Below, in pieces: positions 22,401-30,554 of a stretch of 64,000 nucleotides of DNA (position 1 is its first letter; the number at the start of each line of letters is the position of its first letter). Below the pieces are notes generated by a model. The model was not told where the DNA came from. It searched no databases and saw nothing but the letters and a program-made list of their open reading frames with translations. This stretch comes from Bacteroidota bacterium (GTDB taxonomy: Bacteria; Bacteroidota; Bacteroidia; UBA7662; JAIXUI01). A program made the translations under genes and the position numbers. Where the stretch lies: positions 1,426 through 65,425 of the forward strand of contig JAIXUI010000040.1 in assembly GCA_027484125.1 (NCBI GenBank). Reading direction: 5' to 3'.

Positions 22401-24590
22401 ATGTCGAATTCACGATTTACAGCACTTGATGCCGCCCGCAACAGGGTAACCGTTTCGGTGATTAAACACAGCGAGAAAATCTCTGAATTTTTTGGCAGCA
22501 ACGTATTCAACAAGAATGCGATGCGCGAATACCTTCCGGAAGATGTTTTCACCAGTTTGATGAACAGCATCGAGCGCGGTGAGAAACTGGACATGGGCAT
22601 TGCAGACCAAGTGGAAGCAGGCATGAAAAACTGGGCCATTGCCAAAGGAGCAACCCACTATACCCATTGGTTCCAACCATTAACCGGCGCAACAGCTGAA
22701 AAACACGATTCCTTCTTCCACTTGTCAAGCGATGGCAGAGCCATGGAAGCATTCTCTGGCTCAGCGCTGGTACAGCAAGAACCTGATGCTTCCTCCTTCC
22801 CCAATGGTGGTATTCGTAACACTTTCGAAGCAAGAGGCTATACTGCTTGGGATCCATCGTCTCCAGCTTTTCTCTATGAAAGTACTGCAGGAATCACCCT
22901 TTGCATTCCTACTATTTTTGTTTCATATACCGGCGAGTCGCTCGACTACAAAGCGCCTTTGCTAAAATCATTGGCCTATGTAGAAAAAGCAGCGGTAGAA
23001 GTATGTCACTACTTCGATCGCAACATCACCAAGGTATATCCCACACTTGGTGTTGAACAAGAATACTTCTTGGTTGATGCCGCTTTATTCAATGAGCGTC
23101 CTGACCTGATGATGTCAGGCAGAACCTTGATCGGACATGGCTCTGCTCGCGGACAGCAATTAGAAGATCACTACTTCGGATCTATTCCGGAGCGTGTACA
23201 AGCGTTCATGGTGGACTTGGAAAACGAGGCACATAAACTCGGCATTCCACTCAAAACCCGTCACAATGAAGTAGCACCTGCTCAATTTGAATGTGCGCCT
23301 TTGTTCGAAGAAATCAACCTGGCGGTTGACCACAACCAGTTGCTCATGGACATCATGGAAAAAGTAGGACGCCGTCATAACTTCCGTGTATTGCTCCATG
23401 AAAAACCCTTCGCCGGCATCAACGGTTCGGGCAAGCACAACAACTGGTCACTTGCCACCAATACTGGCAAAAACCTGCTTTCACCTTCTAAGAACCCTAA
23501 GAGCAACTTACAGTTCCTCACTTTCTTCGTCAATACCATCAAAGCATTTCACGTACACGGAGACTTAGTACGTGCCTCCATCGCTTCTGCTTCCAATGAC
23601 CATCGCTTAGGTGCGAACGAAGCTCCTCCGGCCATCATGTCGGCATTCTTAGGCTCTCAGTTGAGTTCCGTACTTGATGAAATTGAAGCACGTAAGTTTG
23701 AAAACAGCGAATCAGACACCAAAGCACTGATGAAACTGGGAGTAGAAAAACTTCCAGAAATCATGCTCGACAACACCGACCGCAACCGAACTTCTCCATT
23801 CGCCTTCACAGGAAACAAGTTTGAGCTTCGCGCAGTGGGTTCATCTGCTAACAGCGCTTCCGCCATGACCGTTTTAAACACCATCGTAGGTGCTCAGTTG
23901 GTAGAATTTAAAAAAGAAGTTGACGGCTTGCTAGCAGCAGGAGAATCGAAAGAGGCGGCGATTATGAAAGTGATTCATCGCTACATCATCGAGTCGAAAG
24001 CCATTCGTTTTGAAGGCAATGGCTACTCCGATGAGTGGGTAGAAGAAGCTGCTCGCCGTGGACTTCCCAATGTAAAAACCACCCCTCACGCACTAGATGC
24101 GTTAGTCACTGAAAAAGCAGTCAAGCTTTTCACACAAGCAGGCGTTTACTCTGAGCGTGAATTGCATGCCCGCCATGAAATTCAACTTGAAGCTTACACC
24201 AAAAAGATCCAAATTGAAGGTCGTATTCTTGGTGATATGGCTTTGACCCAAATCATTCCGGCCGCCATCCGTTATCAAACCGAAGTGCTCTCCAACATTC
24301 AGATGCAGAAAAACATCGGCCTTCCTGAATCTGCTGTTGCCGCACAAACCGGATTGGTCAATAATATCTCGACAAGGGTGAACACCATTTCCGGTATGGT
24401 TCACGATATGGTTGAAGCGCGTAAGAAAGCGAACAACCTGAGCGATGCCCGCGAAATGGCCATCGCCTACTGCGAAGAAGTTAAACCTTACTTCGATCAG
24501 ATTCGATATGAAATTGACAAATTGGAACAAGTCATTGATGACCGCTACTGGCCACTCCCCAAATACCGTGAATTGTTATTTGTGAAGTAA
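22401..24590 (+). CDS. glnA: glutamine synthetase type III
   Basis: 729 aa, the length of GSIII in Bacteroidota. It carries GS catalytic-domain blocks (LHEKPFAGINGSGKHNNWS, NRTSPFAFTGNKFELRAVGSSAN). Confidence 0.93.
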   Translation: MSNSRFTALDAARNRVTVSVIKHSEKISEFFGSNVFNKNAMREYLPEDVFTSLMNSIERGEKLDMGIADQVEAGMKNWAIAKGATHYTHWFQPLTGATAEKHDSFFHLSSDGRAMEAFSGSALVQQEPDASSFPNGGIRNTFEARGYTAWDPSSPAFLYESTAGITLCIPTIFVSYTGESLDYKAPLLKSLAYVEKAAVEVCHYFDRNITKVYPTLGVEQEYFLVDAALFNERPDLMMSGRTLIGHGSARGQQLEDHYFGSIPERVQAFMVDLENEAHKLGIPLKTRHNEVAPAQFECAPLFEEINLAVDHNQLLMDIMEKVGRRHNFRVLLHEKPFAGINGSGKHNNWSLATNTGKNLLSPSKNPKSNLQFLTFFVNTIKAFHVHGDLVRASIASASNDHRLGANEAPPAIMSAFLGSQLSSVLDEIEARKFENSESDTKALMKLGVEKLPEIMLDNTDRNRTSPFAFTGNKFELRAVGSSANSASAMTVLNTIVGAQLVEFKKEVDGLLAAGESKEAAIMKVIHRYIIESKAIRFEGNGYSDEWVEEAARRGLPNVKTTPHALDALVTEKAVKLFTQAGVYSERELHARHEIQLEAYTKKIQIEGRILGDMALTQIIPAAIRYQTEVLSNIQMQKNIGLPESAVAAQTGLVNNISTRVNTISGMVHDMVEARKKANNLSDAREMAIAYCEEVKPYFDQIRYEIDKLEQVIDDRYWPLPKYRELLFVK

Positions 24591-24614
24591 CCAGTACTGA
24601 GCGTTCTACTTTTT

Positions 24615-24645
24615 AAGGCTGCCTTTGGGCAGCCTTTTTTGTTTT
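24615..24645 (+). terminator. rho-independent terminator of glnA
   Basis: aaggctgcc-tttg-ggcagcctt followed by a T9 run. Confidence 0.65.
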
Positions 24646-24825
24646 AAATGCTGCAAAGTATTTTCCCCTCCAGTAAATAGAAAATCCGAACAAAACAGTC
24701 CTCTCAATTGGGAGGCTACCCCTGAAAATGGAAGGTAACTTTCGGTTAATTCCGGCAAACTGACCGCCGCGGAAAGCAAGCGACTTAAACTTACCATTCG
24801 GCCAAAATACACTTGCTCTGGACAT

Positions 24826-24848
24826 AAAAAACCCCGGCTTAACCGGGG
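24826..24848 (-). terminator. minus-strand rho-independent terminator ~195 nt downstream of the 25043 ORF
   Basis: ccccgg-cttaa-ccgggg with an A6 run on the plus strand, which is a U-run on the minus strand. Confidence 0.5.
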
Positions 24849-25042
24849 TGGTCAATTAAGTATATCTATAAACTAAGTCAAGCCCTTTTTCCTCCTTGAC
24901 TTTCTACTTAATGACAAAGCAAATTTAATTGGTTGTGTTCAAATTGAGAATTTGAATTTTATCAAGTTGGCTGTAGAAAGCCATTAGCTGATTGAAGATA
25001 GCTCCCAAATTGCTGCTCCGACACTCGCAGTTGAAGAGTGCG

Positions 25043-25282
25043 TTAGCTTACAGAGGTTCTTACCTTTTGGGCGAAAGCACGAAGGGCGTCGCGAGCGGGT
25101 ACGCCTTGTTCTATTTGCTCAAGTACCCAAATAGCACCGAGAATGTGGGTGAGTTGTTCGCCTTCATCGTCGCCGTCCACTACAATACCCGACGTCCCTG
25201 TTTCAAGTAAATCTTCTTCAGCCTTTCTCAGAATATCTAAGGTGTATTGTTCAGAAAGCTGTTTGATAACTGGGAGCTTCAT
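25043..25282 (-). CDS. hypothetical small acidic protein (79 aa)
   Basis: The ORF start overlaps the thioredoxin stop by 4 bp. I recognise no family: MKLPVIKQLSEQYTLDILRKAEEDLLETGTSGIVVDGDDEGEQ... Confidence 0.4.
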   Translation of the reverse strand: MKLPVIKQLSEQYTLDILRKAEEDLLETGTSGIVVDGDDEGEQLTHILGAIWVLEQIEQGVPARDALRAFAQKVRTSVS

Positions 25283-25599
25283 GCCAAATGTCTTTTAACC
25301 AAAGCTTCTACCGCTTCAATTTTAGAAGCAGCCATTCCTTCTACCAATTTTCCTTGGTGGAATAGTGCAAAAAATGGAAGATTATCAACACCGGCCAATT
25401 GTCTAGCTTGAGGATTTTCTTCCGCATTCACATCCACAAAACTGATAGATGCATGGGCTTCATCCTCCGACATTCTGCGGATTTTCGGAGCAATAAGTTT
25501 GCAGTTGCCGCACCAGTCGGCATAATATTTAACCAACACCCATTCATGGGTTGACAAGTGTTGGCCGAATTGTTCATCGGTAAGTACGTTAAGTGCCAT
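25279..25599 (-). CDS. thioredoxin-fold protein with CGNC active site
   Basis: The thioredoxin pattern VLVKYYADWCGNCKLIAPK...NLPFFALF is present. I chose the internal start MALNVLTDEQF at 25599 because the ORF-track start at 25728 would overlap the upstream gene. Confidence 0.8.
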   Translation of the reverse strand: MALNVLTDEQFGQHLSTHEWVLVKYYADWCGNCKLIAPKIRRMSEDEAHASISFVDVNAEENPQARQLAGVDNLPFFALFHQGKLVEGMAASKIEAVEALVKRHLA

Positions 25600-25634
25600 T
25601 GTGGTATTAACAACCAAAGAGGGGTATTGGTTGA

Positions 25635-26909
25635 CTACGGCCTGGGGTTTAAACCGTACTTTTTCTCGTAACGTTGATAAAGTTGTTGCTGTACATTGTC
25701 GAGGGTAATTTCTTTGCCCATGATCCATGCCCTTAGCAAATGAGCTTCTTTCATCTCCGTAGGATCACCCTCAGAAAGGAAAAAGCTCGCAGAAGCTCCC
25801 GTTTTCAACTGACCAATCAAAGAATCTAATCCTAACAATTTGGCAGGGTTTAAAGCCGCAAATGTATAAGCCAACTCCGAAGTAATGCCGCAACTTCTAA
25901 GATTTCCAGCGTTAAAAAGCAAGTTTCTTTGTTCCCAAGAGCCGTCTAAACTGATGGCAGTTAAGACACCCTGATTGTGTAAGGCTACAGCCCTGCATAA
26001 AGCGGCGTTTAAATTTTCATGGGCGCGCATCGGCAAACTTTGAGGACGATCTACCACCACACCTGCAGCTTTCGCTTTAACTTCTTCCACTACCATCATG
26101 GCATCAGTTGCGCCGCAAAGCACTGGTTTTATTTGCCGAGCATGAAAAAATTGCAACGCTGCCCTGATGGTCCTTGCATAGCTGGCACGAACAAACACTT
26201 TGCGCTTACCAGATAAAACATCTCTCATGGCTTCAAAACGAAGGTTAACAGGAAAGCTCCCTTCAGGACGAGCGCAATAAAGTGCGGCTTCATCAAAGAA
26301 TCGTTCCAGTTTACGGATGTTCTCAAGCGCTCTTGTGGTCTGTTCGTTTCCACCAGATAACTCAGGAAAATTAAGGTGTAAAGCCCCATCGGCCTGAATC
26401 ACCGCATCTTCCCAATTCCAACCATCTAAGTGAAAAACTGAAGAAGTTCCTGGCATTAGTCCACCCTGGGGAATGGCCTGAACGAACAAAATGCCATTTT
26501 GGCGAATGGTAGGAATAATCTTGGAATCGGTGTTGAAAGCGACCAGCGAACGTACATGCGGGTTGAGTTCTCCAACCTCTTGATAATCGCGTGTGGGTCT
26601 GGCTGCATCAATTTCATTCAACCCTACAACCGTTTGAAGCGCTAAAGCACCGGGATACAAATGCAAGCCGGTTGCTTCTATCCAATCTACCGCATTTCGG
26701 TCGATTCGAATTTCTGCTCCAGTACCGATGTAGCCAATTTTGCCGTTTTGAAAACTGATTAACCCGGAGCTGATGACTTTTCCATCGCCTAAATGAAGCG
26801 TGGCACCACTAATCCAGGTTGCTTTAGATTGAGCGAATGCACGCTCAGCCGTTCCACAGAACAGACAAGCGAGCAATAGTAGATTACCAAGAAGATTTTT
26901 TGGCCTCAT
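25635..26909 (-). CDS. secreted amidohydrolase-superfamily protein with degenerate HxH motif
   Basis: Signal peptide MRPKNLLGNLLLLACLFCGTAERAFAQ. The N-terminal beta-sandwich pattern (LHLGDGKVISSGLISFQNGKIGYIGTG...IEATGLHLYPG) resembles Amidohydro_1. The usual GLID-HxH-L is replaced by GLHLYPG. Confidence 0.6.
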   Translation of the reverse strand: MRPKNLLGNLLLLACLFCGTAERAFAQSKATWISGATLHLGDGKVISSGLISFQNGKIGYIGTGAEIRIDRNAVDWIEATGLHLYPGALALQTVVGLNEIDAARPTRDYQEVGELNPHVRSLVAFNTDSKIIPTIRQNGILFVQAIPQGGLMPGTSSVFHLDGWNWEDAVIQADGALHLNFPELSGGNEQTTRALENIRKLERFFDEAALYCARPEGSFPVNLRFEAMRDVLSGKRKVFVRASYARTIRAALQFFHARQIKPVLCGATDAMMVVEEVKAKAAGVVVDRPQSLPMRAHENLNAALCRAVALHNQGVLTAISLDGSWEQRNLLFNAGNLRSCGITSELAYTFAALNPAKLLGLDSLIGQLKTGASASFFLSEGDPTEMKEAHLLRAWIMGKEITLDNVQQQLYQRYEKKYGLNPRP

Positions 26910-27789
26910 CGAAGGCTTTTTTGGTTTTAAGCGTAAATACCCTTGAAATATTAAACCCGAAATGAATGTCCCCATTCAACCAATCGCCGGTTGTTTGGGT
27001 GACCAAAGCTTTCTCGTTCATACCCAAAGCATTGGAGAATTGAAGTTGAAAAACGTGCCCCCCTGTTCCAACATCGAAGCCTAAGCAAAGTGGCATCTTA
27101 TAAGGTTGAGTCATTTGACCATCGGGGATGTAACAATAATCGGCGTTGAAGGAAATTCGCTTTGATAATTTCATCCTTCCACCAATACCTAACCCAAAGA
27201 CGCCATTCTGATCGGCATTCGCGGGAACTAAATTGCGGTGAACCCAAATAGGAGAAAGCTGAAGCGTTAAATCTTCGGAAAACTTCCGGCTAATTAAGAG
27301 TTGGTGGTAAAAAGAAAGTCGGGAAGAAAAGAAATTGATGCGATCCGGATTGGCCCATGAAGCCGTGTTTATCACACTTCCTGCGACATAAACCAAAGAA
27401 ACCGGCATTGCACCCGGACCTTTGGACTGCTGAAGAAAACGCCATTTTACAAAGCCATCCACTTCTTTTCCTACCGCTGAGCGGCCTAAACCTACAGTGA
27501 TGTTGTCAGTTAAGCCATAATCCAAGCTCAATCTTACAAAAGCCTGATCCAGACCAAAAAGATTCTCTACTCCGGAATTCAATCGTCCAAATCGGTGCAG
27601 TATTCGAAAATCGAGCACTCCGCCAGCCACCATTTCAGTAGAATGGAAGTTTAGAATGCGAGTAGATTTAAACGCATTTTTAACCTTCACTTTCTCCGGT
27701 TTAATATTGGCCATCATGGCATCTAAATCATCTTGAGCTTGTGCCTGAATGGCCAAGAACCCAAGACAAGCAATTAACCAATTTCTCAC
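26884..27789 (-). CDS. hypothetical outer-membrane beta-barrel protein (DUF5777-like)
   Basis: 301 aa. Signal peptide MRNWLIACLGFLAIQAQAQ, then alternating amphipathic strands. The family name is from memory and unverified. Confidence 0.45.
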   Translation of the reverse strand: MRNWLIACLGFLAIQAQAQDDLDAMMANIKPEKVKVKNAFKSTRILNFHSTEMVAGGVLDFRILHRFGRLNSGVENLFGLDQAFVRLSLDYGLTDNITVGLGRSAVGKEVDGFVKWRFLQQSKGPGAMPVSLVYVAGSVINTASWANPDRINFFSSRLSFYHQLLISRKFSEDLTLQLSPIWVHRNLVPANADQNGVFGLGIGGRMKLSKRISFNADYCYIPDGQMTQPYKMPLCLGFDVGTGGHVFQLQFSNALGMNEKALVTQTTGDWLNGDIHFGFNISRVFTLKTKKAFDEAKKSSW

Positions 27790-28334
27790 TTTTCGTTAAG
27801 TTTCAATTCGGTTTCGAAAGTAACCTCCACCTCTTCGGCAATTTTTCCAACTACAATTTTGGGGATGCTGATTTTGTGATCATCCAGCTTCACCTTGAAA
27901 ATAGAGCGAAGGCTAATGGTATTTCCCGTTCTTTTTACAACACCTTTGAAAGTGCGTTGTTGAGAAACCCCATGCATTTCGATGGTACCGGTTAGCGTAA
28001 CGTTGAAGCTTCCGTCTTTAGATAAATCCACATTTTCGTTAATAATCCCATTGAGGATAGCCTCCGGATATTTACCACTTTCCATGTAGTTTTCATTAAA
28101 GTGCTCCATCATGAGAGGATCTTTAAACTGAAAAGAAGTGATGGGGATTTTGACAATGAGTTTCTTTTTCTCCAAGCTAAAACCTGAGGCAAACTTGGTA
28201 GAAATTGCTTCTATTTTCTCCAGAGGAGCATCAGAATAAAAGCGGACTTTACCGGTTTTAGACATAAAAACCTGAGCCGAAGCGGCTACTGTTAGAAAAG
28301 AAGCTGTAAAAAAGAAAAGAAGTTTTTTCATCAT
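27786..28334 (-). CDS. YceI-like periplasmic polyisoprenoid-binding protein
   Basis: 182 aa. Signal peptide, then VRFYSDAPLEKIEAISTKFSG...TGTIEMHGVSQQ, typical of the YceI beta-barrel. Confidence 0.8.
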   Translation of the reverse strand: MMKKLLFFFTASFLTVAASAQVFMSKTGKVRFYSDAPLEKIEAISTKFASGFSLEKKKLIVKIPITSFQFKDPLMMEHFNENYMESGKYPEAILNGIINENVDLSKDGSFNVTLTGTIEMHGVSQQRTFKGVVKRTGNTISLRSIFKVKLDDHKISIPKIVVGKIAEEVEVTFETELKLNEK

Positions 28335-29035
28335 TAGTTGGGATAGTTGTTCGAAATCCAGCGTTCAATCTGGCGAATTTGACAATCGTTGAGTTTATTC
28401 CCACCCTTGGGCATGGGTGATGCAGCACCGGAATGTGTTATGGAGGCCAAGAGCTTTCCGGACTGCGCAGCAGATTTGGTAAGCTCATAGCTATTTAATA
28501 AAATACCGCCACCGGTTGATGTCTGACTATGGCATCCATTACAGGCTGTATTCATAATAGGCTCAATCTGAGAAGCGTAACTGCTCGTAACCGTATCACA
28601 TGGCCCTTGAGCCCAAAAGGAATTCCTAGCACCTTCAAGGATCCACTGCTTGAGCACGTTAATTTGTTCGGAAGAGAGCGGCTGCTGGCCGGAAGGTGGC
28701 ATACTGCCTTTTCTCCCATATCCCCGCAGTTCTTCCATCAACTCACTTTCATCCGGCTTAAACCGAACTACTAACTCATCGTCGCTCATGATAGAGGCAA
28801 ATGAGGAAAGGTTAACTCCTTCAGCAGCGGAGGAAGCGTTATGGCAACCAGACATGTTGCAATTGGAATTCAAAATAGGCTGGACTTGATCACGAAAACT
28901 AATCTCAGAAGTGGATACTTCCACCGGCTCAAGACTTATCGGCGGATCATGTTTGCAAGAAGAAATAGCCCCAGCCAAGGCTGACATGATTGCTATAGCA
29001 GCGATTAGTTGTTGGGGGCGCCTGCGTTCAGCCAT
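28334..29035 (-). CDS. lipoprotein with two PSCyt1-like c-type cytochrome domains
   Basis: Lipobox AISSC. Domain 1 is VQPILNSNCNMSGCH (C-X4-CH). Domain 2 is IEPIMNTACNGCHS...SPMPKGGNKLNDCQIRQIERWISNNYP (CXXCH, followed by an MPP...WI tail as in planctomycete-type cytochrome c). Confidence 0.6.
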   Translation of the reverse strand: MAERRRPQQLIAAIAIMSALAGAISSCKHDPPISLEPVEVSTSEISFRDQVQPILNSNCNMSGCHNASSAAEGVNLSSFASIMSDDELVVRFKPDESELMEELRGYGRKGSMPPSGQQPLSSEQINVLKQWILEGARNSFWAQGPCDTVTSSYASQIEPIMNTACNGCHSQTSTGGGILLNSYELTKSAAQSGKLLASITHSGAASPMPKGGNKLNDCQIRQIERWISNNYPN

Positions 29036-29364
29036 TTGGATATTTTTGAGTAATCACAAGCGCTTAAAGTAGGGCTTCCCATGGGTGGCATATTCTTTTG
29101 ATCAATCACACGGCTTTTAAATGAGCCATTATTGACTTTAGCCATTAAACCATTATAGGTAGAAAAATCACCAAAAGGACTTCCGGCACCATGGCAGGCT
29201 GCATTCCCACAACGAGTTTGGAGCATCGGGGCAATGGTGGCATTGTACGTAAACTGCGTACTATCGCAGTTGGAAGTGGAAGGATAGAGGGTTTCTTCCT
29301 TGTCGAAATAACAGGAAGATGATCCAACCGCTATCATCAATAAAAGCCAAAAGGCACGCTTCAT
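29005..29364 (-). CDS. lipoprotein with one PSCyt1-like cytochrome c domain (C-X4-CH)
   Basis: Signal and lipobox MKRAFWLLLMIAVGSSSC. IAPMLQTRCGNAACHG...NMPPMGSPTLSACDYSKISKWLNAGAP. Confidence 0.55.
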   Translation of the reverse strand: MKRAFWLLLMIAVGSSSCYFDKEETLYPSTSNCDSTQFTYNATIAPMLQTRCGNAACHGAGSPFGDFSTYNGLMAKVNNGSFKSRVIDQKNMPPMGSPTLSACDYSKISKWLNAGAPNN

Positions 29365-29577
29365 AGACAAATTTAACCGTTTAAAAACCTGTGACAATGA
29401 TAATGAGTTTAAATCATTTTAGCACTTTTTGTTATTTTTCTTTATTTTTACTCATTTGTAGTCTTTTATTGTTAATATAATAAAACAAGACAAGCAAGAA
29501 GTAAGAAAGCTTATTCCTCAGCCACAGATTGGATAAAAGTAAATTAGAAAAGTGGGTTATAAATGTCGGCAAGGCTA

Positions 29578-29585
29578 TTAGTTTT
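29578..29585 (+). promoter_or_regulatory. candidate -7 box TAgtTTTG upstream of the NAD-dependent epimerase / L-threonine-3-dehydrogenase-like gene
   Basis: TAnnTTTG match 27 nt upstream of the ATG at 29613. It is embedded in the 14-mer ctattagttttgaa, which recurs at 42558. Confidence 0.3.
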
Positions 29586-29612
29586 GAACCGCAATCAGAT
29601 CAAAAACGCTTC

Positions 29613-30554
29613 ATGAAAATCCTCCTTATTGGCTCTGAAGGACAGTTAGGCTCAGAATTAAGCCGAGCACTTCGAAACCGATACCAACATGTAGAACTCA
29701 CCGAAGCTGACCTTAGCAACAAGCAGCCTAACAAAGACAGACATTTTGTAGCGCTTGATGTTTTGGATCGGAAATCGGTGTTGAGTCTTATAGAAGAAGG
29801 TCAATACGACCAGGTTTACCACTTAGCAGCCATACTCTCGGCACGTGGCGAAGCTCACCCCAGGCAAGCGTGGGACATCAACATGAACGGATTGTTCAAT
29901 GTATTGGATGCATGTGTTGCCCATGGCGTGAAGCAAGTGTATTGGCCATCGTCTATTGCAGCATTTGGACCAGGAACGCCAAGAATTGACACGCCACAAT
30001 CGTGCTTCATGGACCCGGTAACGGTTTACGGGATTTCTAAATTAAGTGGTGAATTGTGCTGCCAATATTACCATCAGCGATTCGGATTAGACATCCGCAG
30101 CTTAAGGTACCCAGGCATCATCAGTTATGCAACCCCACCCGGCGGCGGCACTACCGACTACGCCGTTGAAGTATTCTACGAACTTGCTAAATCCAGACAA
30201 TACACCAGCTTTCTCGGCCCGGAATCCCGCTTGCCAATGATGTACATCGACGATGCCATCAAAGCAACCCTCGATTTAATGGAAGCACCAGCAGAAAAGC
30301 TGAGCATCCACACCAGTTATAACTTGGGCGCTATCAGTTTTACTCCTGCGGAACTGTTTGAAGAAATTGGCCAACAATGGCCAGGAGCGCGTTTTGATTA
30401 TGCCCCTGACCACCGTCAAGCCATCGCAGACAGTTGGCCGGCTTCTATCAACGACGAACAGGCTCGGAAAGATTGGGGCTGGAGTCCGGATTATGACCTT
30501 AAAAAACTAGTAAGCACCATGATAGAAGGCGTTAAAAGCCTTCAACTGAGCTAG
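29613..30554 (+). CDS. NAD-dependent epimerase/dehydratase family protein (short-chain L-threonine-3-dehydrogenase-like)
   Basis: Rossmann motif MKILLIGSEGQLGSEL at the proposed start and a YxxxK-type SDR core (VYGISKLSGE). The ORF track starts at 29529, but the conserved N-terminus and the -7 box favour 29613. Confidence 0.7.
   Translation: MKILLIGSEGQLGSELSRALRNRYQHVELTEADLSNKQPNKDRHFVALDVLDRKSVLSLIEEGQYDQVYHLAAILSARGEAHPRQAWDINMNGLFNVLDACVAHGVKQVYWPSSIAAFGPGTPRIDTPQSCFMDPVTVYGISKLSGELCCQYYHQRFGLDIRSLRYPGIISYATPPGGGTTDYAVEVFYELAKSRQYTSFLGPESRLPMMYIDDAIKATLDLMEAPAEKLSIHTSYNLGAISFTPAELFEEIGQQWPGARFDYAPDHRQAIADSWPASINDEQARKDWGWSPDYDLKKLVSTMIEGVKSLQLS

Noticed and set aside
24102-24530. 142-aa minus-strand ORF inside glnA
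   Set aside because: It is antisense to the conserved GSIII frame.
24606-24855. Minus-strand ORFs 24606-24812 and 24613-24855
   Set aside because: They run straight through the glnA rho-independent terminator hairpin and show no protein-like composition. They are more likely non-coding.
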